Of a DNA stretch of 32,024 bases, positions 7,550 through 16,512 are shown piece after piece. The notes under the pieces were generated by a model that did no database searches, was not told the origin of the DNA, and saw only the letters and a list, made by a program, of their open reading frames with translations. Source of the DNA: a virus (taxonomy: Duplodnaviria; Caudoviricetes); the IMG/VR virus record IMGVR_UViG_3300024249_000023, positions 1 through 32,024 of that record; one strand, written 5' to 3'. The translations under genes were made by a program, and so were the position numbers. Every line of letters starts with the position of its first letter. Positions within the stretch are counted from its first letter, which is position 1.

Positions 7550-9042
7550 CAGTTAGCGCCCGCCTGAATATCCGCGTCCATCGCATACAGCCGCGTGAGC
7601 CTGTTGGTCGAAACCCTGAACACCCTCTGCCGGAACGAGCCAAGCCGCGTGGTGTAGACCCGGTGCCGATAGTCTCCCGGAACGCCCGCCGACATGGTGC
7701 GCGTCGGCCCCCACGTCCTGGCCCCGTCGTCCGACCATTCGAGCGTCACCGGCCCCGGCGATTCGGCGCCGCCGCACTCCATCTCGACCTCAATGCGTGA
7801 GCAGAACGCGCGTCGCGTATCCGCCCACAGCGGCGGGAATGTCGCCTGCCGCAGCACCCCCACGCCAGCGTCCGTCGCCTGATTGCCCATGGTGTAGAGC
7901 ATCCCGGTCGTCCGGTCGCCGAACAGATGGATGGAGTTGGTATCCACCGCCGCCGATAATGGCTGCCACGGCCCACTGCCGTTCGTGCTGGTCGATCGCT
8001 CGTGCCAAACGCCGGTCGCCACGTCGTAGACCAGCGTGCGGTTGTCGAGCGTGGTGAAGCTATAGAACCAGTGCCCCCGGTAGGGATGCGTCATACCATA
8101 CAGGCCGTTGACGTTCGTGGCGATAATCGCCTCGATGGCGTGCGTAGAAACCCGCTGCTTGTTGTAGCCGTTGCTGCGATACACCAGTCCATCAATGCCC
8201 AGCCACCACAGCGAATTATCAGCCCGTGCGATCGACATCGGCGAGACGGTGCCGCCATCGATGACTCCACCGGCCGCACGGCGAAACGGAAAGAACGAAG
8301 TCCCTGGCGTCGTCTCCAGCCCGGACGAGCCGGCGTCATAAAACACTTCGAACCCGGCCTCGCCCACGGTCCAGATCTGATTGCGGTGGCCGACAACGCG
8401 GCGGATGACATTCGGCACCGCATCCGAGAACGCAAAGTCCAACGCATCGAAGTCGGTCGGATCGAGCAGCCGGGAGATGAACCACTGCGCGGTATTGCCG
8501 GGCGACGAGAACGCAAAATAGCCGTCGCTATAGGCAACCGACGAGGCGCCTGCGAACACATCGCCGCCGATCTGATTGAGCGGCGTCCCGACATCGTGCC
8601 CACAGGTATAGGCGCGCGGTGCCACGCAGATAACGCACGCCGTCGGTCCCGCCGCGATGGTCACAAAACTATTCCACGACCCGGTGCCAGCATCGGCGCT
8701 GCCCACGTCCCCGAGATCCTCGACGGTCGTGCCGCCGCCCAGCGGGAACGACAGCCGGTAAGCATGCGTGCCGGACACCACGTAGATCCTACCTGGCATA
8801 TCGTCGTTCATCGCCCAGATAGGCCCGGTGCCGATCGCGCCAGGGCCGCCATGCGTGGTGTCCCACGGCACCAGCCCTGGCGTGGATACCAACGCCGCGG
8901 CAACACGCGCGTCGTCCGGTTGCTTCTCGGCCATCAAATTGATCAAGCGTTTCGCCGACAGTGGCAGCGACGGATGCGCGTAGCTTTCCAGCGGAAACGG
9001 AATGCGGCGCATACCTACCGCCGGTGCAGTGGCCTGAGACAT
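7549..9042 (-). CDS. P22 gp10-like packaged-DNA stabilisation / tail hub protein, 497 aa
   Basis: RLINLMAE, YSDGYF, DALDFAFSDAVP, RVSTHAIE, GHWFY, TLVYDVATGVWHER, LEWSDDGARTW, RLGSFRQRVFRV motifs. Confidence 0.88.
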   Translation of the reverse strand: MSQATAPAVGMRRIPFPLESYAHPSLPLSAKRLINLMAEKQPDDARVAAALVSTPGLVPWDTTHGGPGAIGTGPIWAMNDDMPGRIYVVSGTHAYRLSFPLGGGTTVEDLGDVGSADAGTGSWNSFVTIAAGPTACVICVAPRAYTCGHDVGTPLNQIGGDVFAGASSVAYSDGYFAFSSPGNTAQWFISRLLDPTDFDALDFAFSDAVPNVIRRVVGHRNQIWTVGEAGFEVFYDAGSSGLETTPGTSFFPFRRAAGGVIDGGTVSPMSIARADNSLWWLGIDGLVYRSNGYNKQRVSTHAIEAIIATNVNGLYGMTHPYRGHWFYSFTTLDNRTLVYDVATGVWHERSTSTNGSGPWQPLSAAVDTNSIHLFGDRTTGMLYTMGNQATDAGVGVLRQATFPPLWADTRRAFCSRIEVEMECGGAESPGPVTLEWSDDGARTWGPTRTMSAGVPGDYRHRVYTTRLGSFRQRVFRVSTNRLTRLYAMDADIQAGAN

Positions 9043-10373
9043 CAGACGATATTCTGAGACACGAACTTGCTCGTGCCGGTGCCGGAGTCGAGCAGGCCGC
9101 CTGTCGCGTTGCCGTGTACGTCGTTGTTGGAGATGATGTAGCGGTCGGACGCCGTTGCGTCCACCATGATGCCGTAACGCTGGCTGTTCGTTGAGAAGCC
9201 GGCATTCGGCCTGCAGCGGCAGCCAGTGATGACGAAGTCCGTAACCGGACCGACGACGTGGATGCCGTCATTGGTGTTGGATGCGGCAGCGCTGTTCGCG
9301 GCGGCCGTGCAGCCGGTCAGCGTGATGTCTGAGGACGGATTGGCGAGTAGAAAGCCGTGGCCGACGTTATCGATCGAGATGCAGTTGGCGAACGTCACAT
9401 CACTGGCGTTGAGCACATTGAAACCATGACGCCCCATGACACCGGCCCAGCAGTTTGTCAGGCGTATGCGCGAGACGTAGGTGCCAGCGGCACTGCCGTT
9501 GAACAGCCAGCCGTCCTGCGTGCCGGCAACGTTGTTGGAGTCACATAGGACATTCACGGCATGGATGACGCCGAGATAGTTAATGCCCCCGGACGCTGAG
9601 ACCAAGGTGACACCGAACCGGAAGCCGCCGACGTTGATGTTTGCCCACTCGAATGTATCACCAGCCTGGGCAATGATCCCATTGCCGGTGTTGGTCGGCG
9701 CTCCCAGCATCTCTAGTCCGGAGATGGCACCGAGGCCACCGAAGAACTGGTCATAGAATACGCCATTTGCCATCACGTTGACGAAATTGCAGTCGGTGAT
9801 CGAGGTGCGGTAACTCAGTGCCCCGGACGCGCCGAGGAAATGCACCACGTCCCAGCCGCCATCAGTCCAGATCCTGGTCAGTTTGGCATTGTTGGCATTG
9901 ACGAAATTGAACAGCACGCCTGCCGTGCTGGTCTGAAACGGCGTGACAACACGGAAGTCGGACAGCGTGATATCGGACCCGGTAAAGTTCAGCAGCGTAG
10001 CTGTCGTGCTGCCCCAGTGGATGGTGCTCTGCGGCCCATCGCCCTGGATGTATAGAAAGCCGGCGGTGTAGCCGAGCGCCGCATTGATCCGGTAATGCCC
10101 CGCCGGAATGCGCAGCTTGCCACCGCCAAGGGATGCGACGTAGGCCAATGCGGCATTGAATGCAGCGGTATCGTCGGTGGTGTTGTCTCCCTTCGCCCCG
10201 AAGTCCCTGACGGAGATGATCCCGGTCAGGACATAGGAGCGCAGTGCGGTTGCCGCGAACCGCCCGGAGCCGGCCCGTTCGCCGACCACGGAGCTGCTGT
10301 CGGTGAGCGCGCCGAGGTCGGGCAATGCCGCGATATTCGTGCTCGGGATCGGAAATGCGGTGATGTCGGTCAT
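9042..10373 (-). CDS. Tailspike / pectin-lyase-like beta-helix protein, 443 aa
   Basis: ISVRDFGAKGDNTTDDTAAFNAAL...GGKLRIPAGHY (Pectate_lyase_3-type start) followed by beta-helix repeats. Confidence 0.85.
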   Translation of the reverse strand: MTDITAFPIPSTNIAALPDLGALTDSSSVVGERAGSGRFAATALRSYVLTGIISVRDFGAKGDNTTDDTAAFNAALAYVASLGGGKLRIPAGHYRINAALGYTAGFLYIQGDGPQSTIHWGSTTATLLNFTGSDITLSDFRVVTPFQTSTAGVLFNFVNANNAKLTRIWTDGGWDVVHFLGASGALSYRTSITDCNFVNVMANGVFYDQFFGGLGAISGLEMLGAPTNTGNGIIAQAGDTFEWANINVGGFRFGVTLVSASGGINYLGVIHAVNVLCDSNNVAGTQDGWLFNGSAAGTYVSRIRLTNCWAGVMGRHGFNVLNASDVTFANCISIDNVGHGFLLANPSSDITLTGCTAAANSAAASNTNDGIHVVGPVTDFVITGCRCRPNAGFSTNSQRYGIMVDATASDRYIISNNDVHGNATGGLLDSGTGTSKFVSQNIV

Positions 10374-10375
10374 CG

Positions 10376-10867
10376 CTATGCCACCAGGATTGTGCTGCCA
10401 TTGTCGGTCGTGATCGCCGTCGGCGGCAGTTGGAACGCCGCCCCGGCGTAGCGAACGTGCAACCGCCCGGTGGTCAACACCTCAGCGCCCTGCGTGTCGT
10501 AGTTCAACTGCACCGCCCAGCCGCAGCGCCGCGGCCAGTTGGCCATGGTGCCGCTGGGGAACGTGAAATCGAATGCGCCGATCGCATCGGATATCACACC
10601 GATACCGTTCCACAGCACGCGCCCGCAGGATGGCAGCGCCCAGCCGTAGTCGTCGTAATAGCCGGGGCCGACCTCGTAGATAGTGAATTGTGCGGACGGC
10701 CCACCGACACCGCCAGTGAGATCCAGCGCCTGCGCGCAGGGGTTGTCGCTGTCCACCACGGTGATGCGCAGATAGAGGCTATCGGCGGCGGCCAGCACCA
10801 GGTCGCGGCGCGGGATGTGCAGCGGCGAGGTGCGCATGTAGGGCACCGTCATGGCCATGGATGGCAT
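10376..10867 (-). CDS. Hypothetical virion protein (beta-rich, possible fibre adaptor), 163 aa
   Basis: Coupled between two spike genes; alternating beta-strand pattern. Confidence 0.6.
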   Translation of the reverse strand: MPSMAMTVPYMRTSPLHIPRRDLVLAAADSLYLRITVVDSDNPCAQALDLTGGVGGPSAQFTIYEVGPGYYDDYGWALPSCGRVLWNGIGVISDAIGAFDFTFPSGTMANWPRRCGWAVQLNYDTQGAEVLTTGRLHVRYAGAAFQLPPTAITTDNGSTILVA

Positions 10868-10876
10868 CGGCGGCTC

Positions 10877-12178
10877 CTACGGCGTGACGGAAGGTGTGAC
10901 GGTGCCGGCACAGCGCATGTTACCGGATGCGTCCACACTCCATTTATCGACGCCCGCCACGACGTAATACAGCTTGCCGGAACGGTATTGCAGATAGGCG
11001 CCAGCGTTACCTTTCCATCCAGCCAGCGTTGCCGTGCTGGCGCCGTTGAAGTCCACGATCTGGCCTGGGTCCATGCGCAGCGCGGCAACCGGGCTGGTAT
11101 AGCCTGGAGGCACTGTCGCAGTGCGCGCGTCGAACACCTGATAGGTCTGCACGCCGGTCACGCCGTAAGCGGTCTTGGTTATTGCGTTCGTGCTGCCATC
11201 GAGGTTGTATCCCATACCAAAAACCGCCGGCAGCAGGACGGGAACGCCGGGCGTAAAGTCGCCAGCCGGCAGTTGCTCGCTCTGGCTCAGATGAATGCCA
11301 ATCCGCACGCCGGGCGTCCCAGGCAGCCCGGTGTCATCGTCACCGTTCGCGTGGTGCCCGAGTTCCATGGCCAGCAATGCCGAGTTGGCAGAACTCGGCC
11401 GGTTGCTATCCTCCTCTGCGGTTACGTGAATGCCAGCCAGCCACGACGTGCCGTGCTTTTTGACGGAGGACGAAATGCCGACATGCTGCGGCCAACCACC
11501 CGTCGGAAACTGCGTCGAGTATGAGTCAAACGAGACATGCACGCCCCATATCGAGGTCTTGGCGCCGGTATAATCGCTGGTGTTGACCACGATCGGCGTT
11601 GAGACAAAGCCATTCGTGCCAGGGCTGGCGGCGTTCTTGAAATCCACCCGCAACGGCCCTTGTGCATCTGCATTCGCAGACTCAATGGCCAGGTATTTCG
11701 TGCCGCTGTAGTAAGTCTCGAACAGATCGCCTTTGCCGGTGCGGCTGAACGCCTGCACCATCGGATTGCCGCCCGACGTGGTGCCATCGGCCAGGAAATG
11801 CACTGGTATGGTGGGCGTTGTGCCCTGCACGCTACCCCAGACGATGCTGGCATTGCCACCAGGGAAGAAAACCGCCTCATGGGGCTTGAGCGCGGTCAGC
11901 GCAGCGCCGATTGCAGGTCCGTCAACGCCTGTTGTTCCATCGAGCTTCGCGCCGAAGTCCTTGACATTCTGCCAGTCGGCTGCGCGATCCTCCAGCAGGC
12001 GCGGCGTGGTGCTGCCGGTCGCAATGACAGTGCCTGTAGCACTGCCAGGCGGCCCAGGAGGCCCGGCAGGCCCAGGCGGCCCGCGCCATGCATCGCCGGT
12101 GGGATCGCAGGGCACGTCGGGCGGCTGCGGCGATCCCGCGAAACCGGGGCCGCCGGGGATGACGAGGCCGTCGGGCAT
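10877..12178 (-). CDS. Tail fibre/spike with short collagen-like tract, 433 aa
   Basis: GPPGPAGPPGPPG, then ATGSTTPRLLEDRAADWQNVKDFGAKLDG (typical spike neck motif). Confidence 0.8.
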   Translation of the reverse strand: MPDGLVIPGGPGFAGSPQPPDVPCDPTGDAWRGPPGPAGPPGPPGSATGTVIATGSTTPRLLEDRAADWQNVKDFGAKLDGTTGVDGPAIGAALTALKPHEAVFFPGGNASIVWGSVQGTTPTIPVHFLADGTTSGGNPMVQAFSRTGKGDLFETYYSGTKYLAIESANADAQGPLRVDFKNAASPGTNGFVSTPIVVNTSDYTGAKTSIWGVHVSFDSYSTQFPTGGWPQHVGISSSVKKHGTSWLAGIHVTAEEDSNRPSSANSALLAMELGHHANGDDDTGLPGTPGVRIGIHLSQSEQLPAGDFTPGVPVLLPAVFGMGYNLDGSTNAITKTAYGVTGVQTYQVFDARTATVPPGYTSPVAALRMDPGQIVDFNGASTATLAGWKGNAGAYLQYRSGKLYYVVAGVDKWSVDASGNMRCAGTVTPSVTP

Positions 12179-12348
12179 TACATCCTCTCCGCCATATCCG
12201 GATGAGCGTCCGCGCCATTGGCCCGCGGCACCTGCGTGGCGATCTCCCGCAGCGCGTTGGTGACGGCGAGGAACGCCTGCACCTCACCGCCCTGGAAGGT
12301 GGAGCGCTCGAGGAACGCCAGTGCGATGCGGGCGAGTTCGGGTGTCAT
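12178..12348 (-). CDS. Small helical protein, 56 aa, possible fibre chaperone (not in ORF track)
   Basis: MTPELARIALAFLERSTFQGGEVQAFLAVTNALREIA...; GAGGG upstream; TAATG overlap with the next gene; fills the gap exactly. Confidence 0.7.
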   Translation of the reverse strand: MTPELARIALAFLERSTFQGGEVQAFLAVTNALREIATQVPRANGADAHPDMAERM

Positions 12349-12361
12349 GGTGCGATCACCC

Positions 12362-13819
12362 TCATTTCAGGTTCCAGGCGGCGCCATTGTAAACGCCAAC
12401 GACAGGCACATTCGCCACGGTAGTAACCGTGTTGGCGATCGTTGCCCCGGCGGTGAAGGTGAGCACGCCAGTCGGGATGATGTTCACCGTCCGGCCCGGC
12501 CAGACCACACCCGACATCGCCGTCACGCCGGTCGTGCCAGTCAGCGAGAACGTCGGATTGACCGGCACGGGGAGGGTTGCCGCCGAGGCGACTGCCGGGA
12601 TGACGTTATCCACACCCAGGTTATCAGCGATCAGCTTCGCGGTGCCTGTGCCGCCGTCAAACAGGTTGGCGGTTGTCGCACCGCTTACGTGGTTGCCGAC
12701 GATCTCATAGTTGTTCGACGTACCGGCCAGCACGTTGATACCGTAGGTCATCTTAGCGGACCCACCGCGATTGTCGGTAAAGGCGTTGCCGACCACGCGA
12801 AAGTTGGAGACGTTGGTGGCGACCACAAACCCATTGGCAACAGTCCCCGTGCCGGGATTGAGCACCGTATTGCCAGTGACCAAGATGTTGTCCGCAGCGG
12901 CATCCAGCGCGATGCCGAAGAACTGCGAGTTGGTGACCGTGTTACCCGACACGACGGTGTGCAGGCTGTTGACCTCGATGCCACCAGCCACGATGCCGCA
13001 GCCGGTCTGCACCGTGTTATTCGCGATCACCGCGCCGTTGCCGCCGTAAGAGGCTATCTGGCCACCGCCGATCCCCGTGTAACAATGGCTGTTGCCAACG
13101 TAGTTGCCGGCGACGATAGAACCATCACCATCGAAACCGATCGCGTCGATGCCGGCACTGGTGATCGTATTCCCCTGTATGATGACCGGCACATGGTTGA
13201 TCGCCCAGATGCCATAGGTTTGCAGGGTCGCATTCGCGATGCCGACGATCTTGTTATCCCGCGCCCAGCTATTGGCGCCACTGAGGCTGATCGAGTTCCC
13301 GCGCGAGTTTATGACCGAGTTGTGGAACAACCCGCCACCAGCACCCGACACACCAAGGTCGGCACCGGTATTGGTGCTGTTGGTCGGAGCGCTGCCATCG
13401 ACAGCGCAATCGCGCAACGTACCGCCAACGCCAGAAAGCGTCAGCATCGTGCCAGTCAGCGTGGTGCCGCGCTTGATGACCGTGTTCCAGCCGGGACAGG
13501 CAATCGTGGTGTTGAACTTGGTGACGTTGATATTGGTGGACACGGTATAGGTGACGTTCGGCGCCAGCATGATCGTGGAGCCGCCCGGCGCATCCGTCAC
13601 GCAGGCCGCGAGGCCGACCGACAACGGGCAGTAGTATTGCCGCCCGAGCAGGTCAGCCAGCGTGCTGGAGTTGGTGGAACCCGTCGGCGTGGACGAGCCA
13701 GTGATAGTGCCGCCGATCGTGGCATTGCCCGTCGTCGTCAGCGACTGGAACGTAGGCGTCTGCGCGGCAGCCTGTGCCACCGACGCAAAGGCAGCCGCCA
13801 GTGCGATCAAACGATGCAC
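12362..13819 (-). CDS. Right-handed beta-helix protein with signal-peptide-like N-terminus, 485 aa
   Basis: Repeated I/V-x-G/N-N-T-V coils; N-terminus MHRLIALAAAFASVAQAAAQ; GGAGG before GTG. Confidence 0.8.
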   Translation of the reverse strand: MHRLIALAAAFASVAQAAAQTPTFQSLTTTGNATIGGTITGSSTPTGSTNSSTLADLLGRQYYCPLSVGLAACVTDAPGGSTIMLAPNVTYTVSTNINVTKFNTTIACPGWNTVIKRGTTLTGTMLTLSGVGGTLRDCAVDGSAPTNSTNTGADLGVSGAGGGLFHNSVINSRGNSISLSGANSWARDNKIVGIANATLQTYGIWAINHVPVIIQGNTITSAGIDAIGFDGDGSIVAGNYVGNSHCYTGIGGGQIASYGGNGAVIANNTVQTGCGIVAGGIEVNSLHTVVSGNTVTNSQFFGIALDAAADNILVTGNTVLNPGTGTVANGFVVATNVSNFRVVGNAFTDNRGGSAKMTYGINVLAGTSNNYEIVGNHVSGATTANLFDGGTGTAKLIADNLGVDNVIPAVASAATLPVPVNPTFSLTGTTGVTAMSGVVWPGRTVNIIPTGVLTFTAGATIANTVTTVANVPVVGVYNGAAWNLK

Positions 13820-14406
13820 AGCACGCCTCCGTTGTTCCAGACGGCACCCGTCGGCAGTCCTGTGGCGCTCGTGGGCAAGCCGCTCAGCACCAACGTTTTG
13901 CAGGTGACGGCGCCCGTGGCACGGCTGATGGTCAGCGGATTGTCGATGAACCCGCCGGCGTCGCTGTAGCGGCTGATGGCAAAATCCGCGCCGGCGTTGC
14001 TGCCGGTCTCCGCCGTCGTGTCGCCCGGCAGGATCGTCCAGCGCGTGGCACCGCCGGCACGGCCCGCGATCATGCGCTGGCCCAGCACGTCGTTATCGAG
14101 GAATAGCTGCGACGGCGTGCCGCCGGTGCCGGCGATGATGGCGTATGTCTTGACGGTCAACGAACCGGTGAGCGTGCCGCCAGCGATCGGCAACACCGGC
14201 GTCCACGCCACAGTCGCGCCGCCGCGGCCATACAGCGCGCCGTCGTTCGGAGCCTCGGGAAACGGATTGCCGGCAATGCCCTGCGGACCTTGTGGTCCCT
14301 GTGGCCCGGTCGGTCCCGGTGGACCAGGCGGCCCGACCCAGCGATCAGGATCAGGCGGACCGGTGTCTGTTCCTGGGTAGTCCGAATAGTGGATCTTGTA
14401 CGCCAT
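13807..14406 (-). CDS. Collagen-repeat fibre protein, 199 aa
   Basis: GPPGPPGPTGPQGPQGPQG, PEAPNDGALYGR, LPIAGGTLTGSL, LPTSATGLPTGAVWNNGG fibre motifs. Confidence 0.8.
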   Translation of the reverse strand: MAYKIHYSDYPGTDTGPPDPDRWVGPPGPPGPTGPQGPQGPQGIAGNPFPEAPNDGALYGRGGATVAWTPVLPIAGGTLTGSLTVKTYAIIAGTGGTPSQLFLDNDVLGQRMIAGRAGGATRWTILPGDTTAETGSNAGADFAISRYSDAGGFIDNPLTISRATGAVTCKTLVLSGLPTSATGLPTGAVWNNGGVLCIV

Positions 14407-15050
14407 CAGAAATACGTCCCCACCACGGTCTGCCCGCTGGTCGGCAGCGCCACGTATCGGAAGATCGAGAGCATCGCCTCGGCGGTGTCTTTCGCGTCGG
14501 TGTCCATGCCGAACAGCGGTGCCAGCGCATCAGCCGCCAGCGTGGCGTATGGGTCACTCAGCGCGTCTGGGATATCGAACACTGTCCAGCGTGCGATGCC
14601 GCGCATGACGAGGTCGTTGTGGACGCTCTGCACCGCCTGCTGGGCGTTGTCGTCGGCCGACAACACCATGGCGCCCTTCTTCACGCGCCCCTCCAGCAGC
14701 ACCACCACAGCCGGATCTGTGGCCTTGCCGAAGCTCGACGCGCCATAGGCTGCCGCGAGCTTCACGTACTCTTCGGCGAAGGCGCGTGGCATGGCGGTGC
14801 TGTCCCACCACACCACGCCCTGCGCGTCGAGCGATGCATGCACCGAGGCCACCTTGTCGAGCATCAGCGCCTGGTCGGACGGTGACGGCGTTTCGTCCGA
14901 TGCAATCACGCCAAGCTCCACCAACGCCGCGGTGGCGAGCGTCGCGGCGGGTACCATTTCCGTCAGGGTAGGCGAGTCATCGAGCGGCACGACCCGCACG
15001 CCGAGCCGACGTAGCGCGATTTGCGCGATCGTGCCGACCGATGTGGTCAT
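14406..15050 (-). CDS. Head-tail adaptor (P22 gp4-like), 214 aa
   Basis: ALVELGVIASDETPSPSD motif and position after the capsid genes. Confidence 0.6.
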   Translation of the reverse strand: MTTSVGTIAQIALRRLGVRVVPLDDSPTLTEMVPAATLATAALVELGVIASDETPSPSDQALMLDKVASVHASLDAQGVVWWDSTAMPRAFAEEYVKLAAAYGASSFGKATDPAVVVLLEGRVKKGAMVLSADDNAQQAVQSVHNDLVMRGIARWTVFDIPDALSDPYATLAADALAPLFGMDTDAKDTAEAMLSIFRYVALPTSGQTVVGTYF

Positions 15051-15538
15051 CAGGCGGCCGCGCCGCCGCGCACGGTAGGCGGTTCAGTCGGCGGCGGCAG
15101 GTCGGCTGTATCGATGCCCGCCGCCAGGCTCGTCATGCGTGTCGCCTTGCCAGACGGCGGCGGTAGGAACTGCGGATCGGCGCTCGCCGCCTTCTCCTCA
15201 GCTGCACGCCTGGCCTTGAGCGCTTCCGGCGACGGCGGCGGCCCGCTGCAATCGACCGGATCGAGCCCCAGCGCCACGAGATGCGTATCCCGTATGAGCT
15301 GGTTCTCTTCGAGCGTCGCGGCGGCGCCACCGCGTGCGCCGAGGCCGCTGTCGGCGTTGTAGTCGAGGATAATCTGCGCGCCGATGCTGGACGCCGCCTG
15401 CGCCTCCTTCAGCGCAGCCGCTGCCTTGGGGTCTGGTGCCGGTGCTGTGGTCTTTGCCTTAGCCTCCTTGGCTGGCGCCGGCGTTGGTGTCGGCGTCGGA
15501 TGATCGCCGCCGTGCGTCTCGTGTTTGTCGCTTGCCAT
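15050..15538 (-). CDS. Hypothetical Pro/Ala-rich protein, 162 aa
   Basis: Strong SD AAAGGAG; TGATG overlap with the adaptor gene. Confidence 0.75.
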   Translation of the reverse strand: MASDKHETHGGDHPTPTPTPAPAKEAKAKTTAPAPDPKAAAALKEAQAASSIGAQIILDYNADSGLGARGGAAATLEENQLIRDTHLVALGLDPVDCSGPPPSPEALKARRAAEEKAASADPQFLPPPSGKATRMTSLAAGIDTADLPPPTEPPTVRGGAAA

Positions 15539-15560
15539 GTGGATTACTCCTTTCGAGTGG

Positions 15561-16436
15561 TCAGATGAGGCGGCCTAGACGGCGGGCGAACTCAAGAGGG
15601 TCGGTGGCGCCCTTAGCGGTGTTGCACTTTGCGCAAGCCAACGAGATGTTTGTGATCCAGTTGGAGCCACCTCTCGCTAGCGGGATCACGTGGTCGACGT
15701 GGTAGCTTTTATGAATCGACTTAGAGCAGTAGGCGCAACAGCCGCGTTGACGTTGGAATAGGGCCTTGAGTTCGCCTGCCGTGTGGGAGCCTTCCGCGGC
15801 ACGCTCCCTTGCCCTCCTGCGATGAATATCGACCTTGACCTTTTCCGGGTTGGCCTTCTTCCACGCAGCACTACCAGCTCTCCATGCTGAACGCTGTTCG
15901 GCGTTGTGTTTGTGATAAAGTTGCTTCGCGAGGTCGGTGTTGCACCGAAGACATCCACCGTTTGCGGTAGTTCTCTGGCTCAGATGACCCTTGACGCACG
16001 GTTTGCCGGTGAAAAAGCGCAGTAGGCCGGTAGCCCTGGCCTCCGCTCTCGTGATGGGCGGCCCCGTATAGTCGGACGGGTCTTCGATGCGCGCTGCCAG
16101 CTTCGCTGCGAGTCGCTTTGCATTTCTCGCTCGCTTCGCGGCAGCGGTCCGCGTCAAATTAGCTTTGGAACGCTCACGTCCTTTCGCCAGCACATATTCG
16201 CGGTTGGCATCGTTCCAGGCCGCAATGGCCACCTTCATCTTTTCAGGGTTAGCTTTCTGCCATTCCCCGCTGTAGATCAGCAGGCAAGCAGCACAGCCAC
16301 CGTTAGATGTCATTCGCTGGCTCAGATGTCCGGCTTTGCGACATCTCGAGCCAGGAAAGAACCGTTTGAGCCCAGCGGCCTCAGCCTCAGCGCGGGTGAC
16401 AATCGGCCCGTCGTAGGGCACATACGGTTTAGCCAT
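15561..16436 (-). CDS. Free-standing HNH endonuclease with two N-terminal Zn-finger-like repeats, 291 aa
   Basis: CAYC...HVDHVIPLARGGSNWITNISLACAKCNTAKG; duplicated TRAEA..GL.RFF.G..C..GHLSQR.T.NGGC..C. Confidence 0.9.
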   Translation of the reverse strand: MAKPYVPYDGPIVTRAEAEAAGLKRFFPGSRCRKAGHLSQRMTSNGGCAACLLIYSGEWQKANPEKMKVAIAAWNDANREYVLAKGRERSKANLTRTAAAKRARNAKRLAAKLAARIEDPSDYTGPPITRAEARATGLLRFFTGKPCVKGHLSQRTTANGGCLRCNTDLAKQLYHKHNAEQRSAWRAGSAAWKKANPEKVKVDIHRRRARERAAEGSHTAGELKALFQRQRGCCAYCSKSIHKSYHVDHVIPLARGGSNWITNISLACAKCNTAKGATDPLEFARRLGRLI

Positions 16437-16510
16437 GATTGACGCCCCAATCGTCAGTTACGGTCAGAGGCCGGTGGGTGTTTCCGCACCCTCCGGTCTC
16501 GCTCAGTATA
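16434..16510. promoter_or_regulatory. HNH leader: -10-like TATACT, hairpin, CTCTGACC, SD-loop hairpin (leader element copy 2)
   Basis: TATACT (minus) at 16505-16510; hairpin 16467-16500; TGACG/CGTCA stem 16440-16456 enclosing GGGG. Confidence 0.55.
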
Positions 16511-16512
16511 GC

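Noticed and set aside
12218-13969. 583-aa plus-strand ORF, and similar ones at 8002-9057, 10430-11524 and 16435-17586
   Set aside because: Antisense shadows of well-supported minus-strand genes in high-GC DNA; Arg/Gly/His-rich with no motifs.
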